Origin: Phoronis australis
Taxonomy: Eukaryota > Animalia > Phoronida
Reading direction: 5' to 3'
NCBI GenBank assembly: GCA_002633005.1
Contig: NMRA01000523.1
Span: 1 to 64,000, forward strand
DNA: 64,000 nt
Below the pieces are notes generated by a model. The model was not told the origin of the DNA. It saw only the letters and a list, made by a program, of their open reading frames with translations, and did no database searches. The stretch's first letter is position 1; the number at the start of each line of letters is the position of its first letter. Shown piece by piece: positions 25,522 through 37,823 of this stretch. The translations under genes and the position numbers were made by a program.

Positions 25522-28500
25522 ATGAGCTTCGTGCCATGCTTGACTTTTGTCAGAAAAGGCGTTGCAAGAGCACAGCCGGAAAAGGTTCGTTTCACTGTGT
25601 TTATGATCAAAGTGTGTATTTGGGAGATGTTACTTGCCACAATCTTTTTTAGACACTGACTACTAATTTACATTCCATGTTTTATTTATTTGACGCCGGT
25701 TTTTAGGAAAGTTGAATTAAAGTTTACTTTTTTCTGAAAGTAATATTTTTATGCACCCACTTATTTATATGAGGGTGCGTATTGCCGTCATCTGTGTCAG
25801 GGCGTCCGGCGTCCATGGCTGTATCTCGTAAACCTCTTGTAGGATCTTATTGAAATTTGGCTGGTGTGTTCCTATGGGGTTGACGGCATAGGATGATGAG
25901 TTTCGGACCAACCCAAATGTTACTTGGATTGCTTAATGGGGAATGTTTTTAAAGTGTTATGGCTACTTTGTAATGTTTATTAACTCTGAACGGTAAATTG
26001 AATCTTTTCAGGCAATCTTTAAATACAAACAATATCGGCAATTCTTCAAATGGCAAATGTTGTGCGGTGAGAAAGCCGCACAATACAAACACTGAGTGTC
26101 TGAGCTGCTGTTGATGGCATCTTTGCTCATGGCTAATGGCACGTGCAGTGGAATGTCACCGTATTAGGATGTAGTGTAGCTGACAAGTGAAAATAATTGT
26201 TTGCCCTGTTCAAGTTCTGTGCCATAGGTATAGTCTGACAATGTTAAGAAAAACTGGGCATTCACAACGGTGTTAAATTAAAGCATTAAAAATTTAAATG
26301 GGGCAAAGGTGGTAATGCTTTTGTTTGAAATTGGTGAGATTTGACCGTAGTTTTGTACCAGGTTTGGAATTGAAAATCAGCTTGCTATCTCAGTCATGTA
26401 GCGCAGTTACCATGGCAGAAAGCGAAAGAACACAGCTTATGATAAAATTTCACCAATTTTGAACTAAATAATTGGCAAAATTGCTCTTCTCTCATTTTTC
26501 ATAGTTTTCTTAAAATATTGTTTGTTGTCGGCTAAGGTACTGAACTTGAACACGGCAAAACATTATTTTATTGCCACATAACTTATGAAGAACAAAAATA
26601 AAATATGATTTCATATGAGTCCTAAGTCGGTGAGTTTTAACTGTACTTGGACAGGCAGACATTTTCTGAACATTCTCACTCCCCTTTTGAATTTCCGTAA
26701 CTGCGTCTTGGTAGTGTTGAGCAGGTGTTCTTTCAGTTTAAGTCGTGTGATTATTTATAAATAAAAGCATTCTTTACTTTTATTTCTAGGCTGAAGTAAC
26801 TGAAGATGATTTACAAAGGATCATCCAAGAGACCAGAGAGAACATGGGCAAGATGAGTGTAGGAGATGTAGATGACCTGTCTGAGACTGAAGAGGGCACT
26901 GCTGCTGCTGCAAAGTCTGATGGGAAGAGTAAGAAACGTTCTGCGGCCACAGCTGAGTTAGATGAGAAAGAGGATTTGAAAGGTCTGGAGGAATATGGTC
27001 TGGAGAACTATGATGATGAGGATGTCGATGATGGTGAGAGTTTAAATACAAAATACTTTTTTCAAAATTGCCGAAAGATGAATTTTGCCATTCTCAAGTG
27101 AGTCATTGCTCGTCTCTTACAAACGTAAGAATGGGTTTATGTTTTGAAAAGGTTTTTGTCTGAGTAAGCATCGGTACAAGGTACGATATGAAATTGTCTG
27201 GATATAACTTTGACGACTTTTTCATGATGTCAGGATTCGTTAAGATACAAGTTTGTTTACACGTAACTCGTGTTTAGTGGTTTTGCTGGCCTCACTGCAG
27301 AGCTGTGTACTAAATTGACAGCTTTGGATTGCCAAGCTTGAGATGTTACATCTCCGTATGATTATTTATGTGGGTGATAGTTAGATATTAGGTTTACCAG
27401 ATTTTAAAACTTAATTGCACATTACACTTCAGCCGTCTGCTCAAAATAATGAAGTATCACGTACTAAAAAGGACTGGTATTCTTGTCATTTACCTACACG
27501 TATCTACCTGAGTGTATTCTGCAATGCCTCTATATTGTGTAACAGTTATGTCATGAGCTATGGTTGCTATCTCATAACTTGTATGCTATGACTTGCAGAC
27601 ACACTTTCAAATTAAATATCCAAGCATGTTAATTTAACCTGTTCGCATTTTTTAATGATCCAAATCATGTTTCGGTAGTCCTATGGTTATTTTCCGCTTA
27701 TTTCACTCGTTCAGAATTATTTTAAGAAATTGTGTTTTGTCGATAACTTATTTTGCGTGAGGCTATCGGATGGAATTTCTTGTCGAGCCTAGTTTCTGCA
27801 CGGTCAATTTTTACTGCATAAAGTCTTAATACAAAGTACACCTTTAATGTTGGTAATACACACTCCTTTCACGGTGTCCATGGAAACGTTTTCTCCACTC
27901 TATCCATTGGCTTTCATGCTGTTGCAGAAACGAGGTGAAATGAAATCTCTGTTAGTTTCACAAACATGTCAACTGTGAACTCTATATATTCAGTTTATAT
28001 TGCACATCTTGACTATTGGGAAAATACAATTAAAATAATTTATTTTGTACGAATTAGGTGGAGAATTATGGTATTTCAGTGTTTATTACTGAAATATCTG
28101 AAGTTGGGCCTTTTTGTTGATGAATTTTTGTGTGTTCTCTAAAGTCCCCTTTATTGTAGCACATGTTTTTTTACAGGTGACGGCTGGGGCGGCGTTCCTG
28201 GTGTATCCTACTTTGCTTCCAATGATGACGATCCATATATTACACTGAAAAATGAGGTATTATGTACCTGTCGTCTCGTACAGTTTAATTTCTCTATTCT
28301 GAAGATTTGAGTGTGCAAGATGTATATAATTTGAATTTATTCAATCAACCTTGTCAAAGTACACCTTTTGTCATTGTGTGTAACTCTGAATTTATTTGTG
28401 TGACCTTGTCTAAGTGCACTTTTCATTAGTGTGTGTAACCTTATTTTATTTGAGTGTCATGAAATTTCTGATAATGACTTCTGTCTCAAATTAAATGATG

Positions 28501-31500
28501 CAAGTAATGACAAAACGACCATTCAGAGATTGTTTTAAAAATAAATACTCAGTTGCACTTAATATTCTTTGTAATGGCAAATGGTTTAAATTTGAATCAT
28601 AAGTCGAGAAAGGTAATTTTTCAGTTTTGACTCCGGGGGTTCTTCACGAAGCCAAGCGCATCATTGAAGCAATGACGCTGGGGAAAGAAAAGAGAACCCA
28701 GGCACATTTCATCTGGTATCAGTTGGTGCTGGGAAAAAGAGATGAAGGATTCCAATCCATTTTGGCTATTATCAGGTGGCTTTCCTTATGAAAATTAAGG
28801 AAACTAAAATATACAGTGCTACCTAATCAAAAAATACAAGGACTGGAACCAATACGCTGTTTTTGACCTAATCCCCTTCACTCTGTGCTTCTCTACTGCA
28901 GGCTGATGACAGTGACAGCGAGGACAACGCAATCAAGGACAGTGATAACTTACTCGTGGTCGGTAAAGCAGACCAAGAGCACAGCATCATAGAAATACAC
29001 AGTGAGTTATGTCTGACGTGAGAGCCATCTGTGGGAGAGTTGTATCTGCCACTAGAGCCAACCTCTCGGAGGAGTTATTTGTGTAGTGTGAGCCAGCCTC
29101 TGGGAGAGTAACAGCTGTAATGATAGAAACCTCCCCCTGTCCAGCCTCTAATTCATCTTCATAGTCAGCTATCCCCCTGTTTCTAGAAGAACTGACAGTT
29201 CATTGCAGATTCCTTCTTTATGATTCTAATGACAAACTATTGTCTTTTTATGAATTTATGTAAGTTCCATTTGCCGCTGTTATATTCACAAATCAAATAA
29301 AGCAAACGCAGTCAACTATCAAGTCGTACTGTGTTAGAGATATTCTTACAAGCCACATGACGATGTCACCATGGGTAATAACTCCCCACCCCCTGTTATA
29401 AATCGTTATCTTTTCCAAACCCCATCCCTCCTCTCGAGTGATGACGTAGTATGTGAACGGTCCCCAATCTCTTTTGACTTGTGTCTATGGTTATGTGCGA
29501 TTATTGTGGCTAAGTCCAGTAGTGTTATTCAAAGCAAAATATGAATTGATATTTTGGTAACAAATTTGAATTATTCACATGCTCTGTTTTTGTAAGTTCT
29601 GCCCTGCTTTATTTCAGTTTACAATGAGCAAGAGGGCAGCTTATTTGTACATCATGACTTTGTGTTACCTTCATTCCCATTGGCTGTTGAATGGTTAGAC
29701 TTCACATGTGGTCCGGGAAAATCAGGTACTACAACCAACCTCTGGTTACTGTATGACTTGTCAATATTATTTAAAACTTTGTCATTTGACTTTAGGTAGA
29801 TTTAAATGAAGGAATTTAAAATCATAAATAAGCTACTGAAGAAGACTATATGTTTATTTTAAGTATACTTCATGCAGTCGCCATCATCTTGGTCAGCCCT
29901 ATCTAAAGTTGGTTGTTTCAGTTCAGTTGCAAGTAATCTCTCCTTTCCAACTGGCTGTTGAAACTGATGCTATTGTCGTGGCAGCGAATTTTAGTCTGCT
30001 TTAGCTTAATTAGCATAATTAATTTGCAATAAGTTGGTAGGAAGTTAAGTTAAGGGTCAGTTCATCGCTGTTTAGCTGTCATTGTTAAATTCTGAATTGC
30101 TTTGTGCGTTAAAAGCATTTAATTGCCGTACATACCACTGTTGGGTGAGTTGGCAACTTAAGTCACGGGCACTGCGTCCACGTGACATTTTTCCAATACT
30201 GTGAGGGTGGCTGACCCCAATAAACTCTGAAACTGATGGTTTCAATGCTCGCATGCAGTCCTATCATGGTATGGAATAACGTGACACCACTTTTGTGAAC
30301 TAACTGTGGCTTAATTCATTTTTTGGCAGCTGAACACTGAAGAAATGCAGTTTGAAATCAACTACTGCTTATTCTTCATATAAGGTGTATGCTGCCTTGA
30401 TCCAACTGCCCTAACATTGCTTTCTTTCCAGGTAACTGTGTAGCCATAGGCACTATGGAATCGACCATCGACATCTGGAATTTGGATGTACTACATTCAC
30501 TGGAACCTGTAGCAAGACTGGGTAATAAACCGAGGAAATCAAAATCTAAAAAGGTGAGACAAGTCACGTGTAGCTTGTTGATGCTGCTGTTGGGTGGAAT
30601 TGATGTTCTGCGCGTTGCATTCTGAAGTGAAACTAAGTTGATAGCTTCGTCCAGTGTTTACAATGCCAAAAATGTGGTCTTCACGGTACTCTCCTTCAAA
30701 AATATTTTGCAGTCCCATTTTCATGCACTAACATATATAAACATGTATGTGTGGGTGCATTACCTTTTTATAGACAGTTCAGTTTCTAAAATTTGTCTTC
30801 ACTGCAACAAATCTTTTAAAATTCCACATTTAGTGTGCTCCTACAATAATAGTCGTCAAGTAGCAAGTGAACATTACGTGAAGAAGAAGGAATGTGAGGG
30901 CTCCTACACATTGGACAATTCACTTGGAAATTGTGCTCACTCAATATGAAGAATGAATACTAGGATGGCCGTATGAGCAGCTGCCATGCTTAGAGAGAAC
31001 AACAGCTTTATCGGTGAGAACTTGCAAGCACTTCGAGAGGTTGCCAGTCTCAGGGAGATTTCAGCTTTATGATAATTTTGCGGATGAAAAATAGCATTAT
31101 TAGTCAAAACTCTTATGGTCTATATTCTTGTGCTGTAAACATCTTGCTGCTTTTTTAGAGATCGGCAGGTACTGGTGGCCATAGCGATGCTGTTTTAGAT
31201 CTTTCTTGGAACTCATTATCCAGGTAAGAGTCTTTTGAGACTGAACTGCTTGTAATCACCTACGTTAAAGGTATGGCATTACAGAACGGTAATTATTTAG
31301 TCCCATGGGGCTCTAGGTGAGACCATGCCTGTGTCAAGAATGAGGCATGTCTGCTTATATGTGAAACACTTGTCACAGGAAAAACTCAGAAAGCAAAGTT
31401 TGAAAAGGTGAAACGTGACTTATCCTCTACGAAATACGTTATGTTGGATGTTTAGTCAAGTTACCGTGAACTATTAAAAGGGTGTTGTTGGTGAGAAAAG

Positions 31501-34500
31501 TAATTTTCTGTGTTCAGTTTCAGTGTCGAATCGATCTTGGAATCCCTGTAGTGGCATCCTAATGCTCTGTTGTGCCTTGATTTTAGAGAACATCTGGCAC
31601 ATGTGCATATACATGTATGTGAAACACCTGAGCAAAAATCTGAGAGCAAAATTTTAAAATGTTATGTTAGTGAAACCTGATTTATCTATGACAAAATATT
31701 ATGTTTGGTGTTTATTCAAGTGAACGTGAACTATTTAAGCGACGATATCGGCAAGAAAAGTAAGATTCTGTGTTCAGCTACAGCGTGGAATCGAACCTGA
31801 AACCCCCTCATTGGCAGCCTCAAGCTCTGTTGTACCTTCACCTTAAGGAATGTCTGACAGACAAAAGCAAGAATTAGCGATTTGTGATAAAATCACAAAA
31901 AGACGACATAATAAATTAATTGAGATTTTGTTGTTTAATAACCATGGTCGAAGCTAATAACTTCAAGAAGTCCATCCTATCCAACAATAATCGCAAAAAT
32001 GTGTTTTTTCGGACATGAAAGTGATAATGTCGTTTTAAATTTACTGTGATCTTAAATACTGGGCAGAAGGGTACAAAAACACAAATCAACCAGAGTTTAA
32101 AACATGCACGTATACAAGAGATGTTTAGGCTTGTTCGCGTATATGTAGTAAAACCTTTTTTCTTGAAAAAAACGCATTATTTAGGACGATATCAGATGAT
32201 CCTGAATACCTGTATTTATGTTAGTCATATGATATCTTGAACACTGGAAACAAATTTTCCTACAGGATGTTGTGAATTGTAGAATTTGGGGGATTTCATC
32301 TGCGACACTGCCGTCATTTTTCTAATGCATTATGGGAAGGTTGTCATCTCGTCAACATCCAGTGACATCACAGAAAGCTTGGTCTATGTCACGCAACCTG
32401 GGTTTATGTACATTTTCCAAGTTTTCAGTTACATCAGAGCATGTTGACAAGCGGACAAATGTCCCACAATGCATTTGAAAAACAACCATCGGTGTCGCTA
32501 GTGAGTAAGTTTTTTTTGTCATAGATGAAGTCCCCCAAATTGCTTTGATGTAATTCAGTGTCTTGATGAATAAAACATAAATAAGTGTACAATAAACTAC
32601 AACTATGAAGTTGATGTCGACTATCGTCTGTCCTTCACTCTTCAGGACGGAGAGCATGGAACTTCACCCTAATCTCATTTCTTTGGATGAGTTAATTAAG
32701 CTGAAACAGTAATTTCTTTCAATCTTGGATGGTTCTACACTTTGGCTTTTGTGTGAAGCATTCCATTTCACATAACTCGTATGGTGAACTCTTGCACTCA
32801 GCTGTCATTGCGGGAATTGGGCTTGTACGTGGCCTGAATTGGGGGAATTCTCTTTGTTCTCTGTCCTCTTGACGGGGATTTCCGTGTCATTTTGTTGGAT
32901 GGTCCTCAGTTGCCATTTTTCGATGACGGTTTTTACTAACTTTTACAATTTGGTCTTTTCAGAACTGAGTTGGCGAGTGGTTCAGCTGATTTTACAATTG
33001 GTTTATGGGATTTAGCACAATGTACATTGAAGACCAGCATACGTCATCATCAAGAAAAAGTACAAGCTCTTCAGTGGCACCCCTTTGAAGAACAGTCTCT
33101 CCTTTCGGGCTCCTTTGATAAGTGAGTGACCGTTTTTGTTCTNNNNNNNNNNNNNNNNNNNNNNNNNNNNNNNNNNNNNNNNNNNNNNNNNNNNNNNNNN
33201 NNNNNNNNNNNNNNNNNNNNNNNNNNNNNNNNNNNNNNNNNNNNNNNNNNNNNNNNNNNNNNNNNNNNNNNNNNNNNNNNNNNNNNNNNNNNNNNNNNNN
33301 NNNNNNNNNNNNNNNNNNNNNNNNNNNNNNNNNNNNNNNNNNNNNNNNNNNNNNNNNNNNNNNNNNNNNNNNNNNNNNNNNNNNNNNNNNNNNNNNNNNN
33401 NNNNNNNNTGATTGAACAACATTTAATTTCTAACACTTTTTATGAGTTATCAGTAAATGAACAAAAATACAGGAGTGTAATTCATGACATTTATTTCCAA
33501 ATTTAGTGATATCTCATTCGATGAAACGTTTTCGGTGTTCTAAATTGGTGAACATAGTGGAAAATTTCTTTTATAGGGAATGCAGCTGTGACCCTACATA
33601 ATTCCACATCTTCATTTAATTGTGTAATTTCTTCTTGGGCTCTTTGGTCAGAGTTTGTTAAAAATACTAAGGGCCTATAAAAATGTTGTTTTCTTTGCTT
33701 ATACTCTTCAAAGGAAGGTTAAATTCAATTGATATGTTTTCCTGCTACACAACATAGGCCCGTGATGCCAGGTACATTTTGCTAGTTCACACTGTGATGT
33801 CCTATTTGCTACATGAGGGGAACGAGTCAAATTTAATCCTAAATATGAAGATAATTTTAGACTTGTTAGGAAACATATCTAATTTCAGATTTTAATATAT
33901 TATGGTTTTGTTTGTAGAAAAATGAGTATTTATTATTTATGTTTTCAAGATTTGTAGTGTGGTGTCATTATGTGATGATTTGGTTGTCATTACTTAGTCC
34001 CTGAACCAACGATAGTTCAGCTTTTTGTAATGATTCCGTCTGCGTTTCACCTGTCTTTAGTCTTTGCTAGTTGCCACATGTTGAATTTTCAGCCAACCAA
34101 CTCGCAGATTTCTAGGTCATTGGCCCAGGTTGAATCATGTGAGAATGCTTCCTAAGTTTACCCTTCTATGTGCTTTGTACCACAGTCATACATCTCTCCT
34201 CTACTCCTTTTCACAGACTAGCACAGACCAAGGCATGGTGTACTATTACGACGCCCGCGTTGACAACAAACCTGTGTTCACATTACAAGCTCATACCGCA
34301 GCAGTCACTGGTTGGTTGAATTTTGACTTCATTTCCTCAAATTCTTCTTTCATGTTTGTAATACCATTTACAAGGCTACTATATAAAGCATGTTCTGGTG
34401 TAAAAAAATATTGTTACACATAGGCGTATGTATAGGGCTGAAAGTGCCCGACTTTCCCTTTTAGTGAGACCAAGAAAAACTATGTTAGTATGGTATGTGT

Positions 34501-37500
34501 CGTTTTTTGTAAACTGTAATTGGGGCCCCCCTCATGACATGTTAGGTCTGTAATGTCAGACAAATACTGGTGATGCCAAGAGTGTTTGGAAAAATCATTT
34601 TTCATAATTTATGTGGGAAAGGTATCGGCTCATTTCTGTTTGTCTTAAAATAAAGCTACAGAGCTACAATCTTGTTTTTATACCTCGTTGAGCTCTGAAT
34701 GAATTGCTTCCATAAGTGTACATAAGCAGGCTGATATCCCCAGTCGAACAATTTATCCATCACAGAAGTTAACTCCCGGTTCTATAAAGGATTGTTATTT
34801 AGATTAAATTATAATTCCTTTTGCTTTGTGGAGAGGAGTGTGTCCGGTGGTATTATTTTAAACTATAAACTAAATGCTTGGTTGTCTAGGATTGGTATTC
34901 AGCAGTCAGATCCCGGGGCTTTTGCTGACCACATCCGCAGATAAGACGGCCAAAGTGTGGGACATAATAGAAGAAAAACCAGAAATGGTGTTGGACAAGA
35001 GTTTTGCTCACATGGTATGTACTGTGATGAACTGCAGACTATTGATGTAGCGAGAAAATAAAAAGGCATAAAATCCTTTTCATTTGGGTGTCTTTGTTGA
35101 ATAGTTGCTCTAGATGACAATAGATGTCAAGTGGTGTGAAAATAACTCTGCTACTGTCCGTGTAGCTTGATTTACTGCTGGAAGTTGTTTCACGAAAAGT
35201 GACTTCTAGCTGAAAATTTTGTCTTTCGCTCCACACAGTAAACATTTCAATGAAACTCCTTACTGACGCATATGGCAGAGCTGTGGGTGACATCAGTCGA
35301 TTTTCTCACAGATATTACTGTAGTGGCACCTCCTGTTGGCCATTTTAGTTTTTGACAGATTACTGCTTGCCCGTTGCTTATTGTCAAACCAGATTGTCAG
35401 CTTTTGTTGAAATATGACACATGGTAGTGTGGCTGACCTGCACCAGCATCTGTTGATTATTGGACGGACTATCCTGCTGGCCATTTTTAGTTCTTGTCAT
35501 GATATTGCTTATCAGTTGATTGAGTTGACAGATTACTTGCTGGACCTCGACAGAGAGGTGTGTGCAAGAGACCAAGTTGATTTTGAGCTTGGTCGAATTA
35601 TTCTTAGTAGACTATAATACATACTAAATAAATGAACTCCCCTAGAGGCATACATTTTTCTGGGCGGCTATGGGCTCATTTCAGTACTTTGTGTTGCTCT
35701 TGTCATAAACTGTTGTCTTTGACATTGTCAGGGTGACCTAATGTGCTGTGCCTGCTGTCCGGACTCACCGTTCACCTTCGCTATTGGTGGGGAGAAGGAA
35801 ATGAAAGTTTGGACTTTAAACAACAATGCGTCAGGTATTCTTTACACTACAAGACAAAAGCAAGCAGACAAAATACCGTTTTCCATCATGAAGGCCAATT
35901 CTGTCAGCAGCAAACATTTTTTATTATAACCTTCTAACTAGTTGCTAGTAAACTTCTAATTACAGAATTGCTAAGCCACCTTCCTGACTTTCCTGTTCAT
36001 TCCCAGAGTCATTTGCGGTCATGAGGGAAGAGTGCTTTGACGGTGAATTCAGCTTCCACCCAGCCGTCATGATGGGAGAATTCTAGGTCATTTTGTTTGA
36101 ATGTCATTTTGTCTGAATACTTTTGGCTGCAACTGTACTTGATACGAACATATGTGCTTTAGACATTAGAACCTCGCACAAATTCAAGGTCACGGGGAAA
36201 ATGTGAGAAATCGCCATGCATATATGCATGCAGAGCACCACATTTAAGCTTCCTTCACGATATTTTTGCCGTCACAGAACTCAGTCCTGGTTATCAGTGC
36301 CTTGCAATGATCGTGAAGTTTATCTCGTGCAAATTAAACAATACGAAAGTTACTTTACTCTTTGAATAAGACGGTCCTGGATTTCACAGCAACTCGAATC
36401 ACGCGGCATTTACCCACAATGCTGCAGCATTCTTCAAGCAATTCTCTTGCCTCATTTTCACTCCATTTGATTTTCTCTTGTCATTTATTGTCTGGTACCT
36501 TGTTTTTTCAAACTTTTCTCAACTGAACTGCATTGATTGTATTCAACCTCCCAATGTCAACAAAGTTTTACAGCTGTGCTGTGGGCCGCAACTCCGACAG
36601 CAGAAGGCTTGATAACCTTGAGAAGTATCCATGAAAGTGATATTTTCCTAGAATCAGCCCGACAGTTTTTAAGCAAGCCCAGTGTAAAAGCACATTTTCC
36701 AACCTCTGTGACCTAGGTGATTTCTATCCGGGATTGTCCTGTTGGCTACATCCTCAACTGACTGCAGCCCAGAGCTGAGTTACATAAAGCTTCAAAAATT
36801 ATCCGCTGGATATGTTTGATTGTTGCATGACATCAGTCAGGTGCATTGTTTAATAATAACAATGTGACGTGTGATAATGCGATGTCATTGTTGCTGTACG
36901 GCCTATAACTTTTATACAACTGGGCCCAGATGTCTAAAATGAATCGTGACACAAATAATGGTGGCTGGGGTTAATGTGGCTGGAGACTGCCTCTTCCGCT
37001 GTGACGCATGTATAATTAATTAGAACCCTTGGAGATTTGATCAATTTCAAAACTTGCCTAAGATAACCAGAAATGTGACTGTATTTAACCAAAAATGACA
37101 CTCAAAATGGTTGCCTTACACTTGGTGATAATTTCCATCTATTTTCGGCTTGTTTTTTACTGACACAGTGTAGATGTTTTAATTACAGTATTTGGCCATG
37201 TTTCCAAGGTTTATAACCAGCCTTTGAAAACTACAAAAGCGGCAAGTTTGGCAATTATTTTTGTGCAAAATATGTGGAGAATTACCGTAAGGACAATAAG
37301 CATAGTGTACTGATGCTTGCTCCCAGTTTTTGGAAAATTAAGTCAGTAGAGCTGTATTTTTAATCGCTCATTTTTTCAAAAAAGAAAATATCCACCTGAG
37401 ATTAGGAAAATGATGCAGGATTTGTTTTTCTGTCTTTCCTCGCTTGGATAATCATGGTATTTCAAACCTTTGTGCAGCTTTTCAAAGAAACACCAAGCTT

Positions 37501-37823
37501 TGGCTGAAATTGACAAGAACAGGGTGACGTTGTTTTTGATGAGTCCGGGTAACGACCTGAACCAACAGTTTTAAAATTGCTCTGATCCCTTTTAACCTTT
37601 TACAGTGAAAAGCCACTTCAGCGGTAGGCCTCCGGTGTCAACAAGTCAATCTGCTGGCCCAGTGTCAACAGAACAGGACAAAGAGGAAGTCTTAAAATCT
37701 GGTGAAGTGAAGACATCTTCAGCAGTGACTGGTACTTCAGAACCTAAAAGTACTCCTGTGGGAAATAATATGCAAACTAAATCACAGAAAAAGAAACGAA
37801 AAAAGAAAGGTGGCAAAAGATGA
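25522..37823 (+). CDS. PWP1: Periodic tryptophan protein 1 homolog (WD40 repeat, ribosome biogenesis/chromatin), multi-exon
   Basis: Phase-consistent GT-AG exons: 25522-25584 (MSFVPCLTFVRKGVARAQPEK), 26790-27033 (..EEYGLENYDDED), 28177-28256 (YFASNDDDPYITLK), 28902-29001 (IKDSDNLLVVGKA), 29618-29725 (FVHHDFVLPSFPLAVEWLDF), 30432-30553 (IDIWNLDVLHSLEP), 31159-31223 (GHSDAVLDLSWN), 32963-33121 (LASGSADFTIGLWD..KVQALQWHPFEEQSLLSGSFD), [one exon missing], 34217-34310, 34890-35014 (TSADKTAKVWD), 35732-35834 (CCPDSPFTFAIGG), 37606-37823. The motifs are colinear with human PWP1 as I recall it. Confidence 0.92.
33143..33408. other. Assembly gap (N run) in a PWP1 intron
   Basis: 266 N bases. Single Ns also occur at 38114 and 55134. 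Confidence 0.99.

Noticed and set aside
33012-33506. Five long ORFs in the ORF track
   Set aside because: They are artifacts of reading through the N gap.
33972-34055. C/D snoRNA candidate (GTGATGA..CTGA) in a PWP1 intron
   Set aside because: No terminal D box or terminal stem at the expected distance, and no recognisable rRNA guide.
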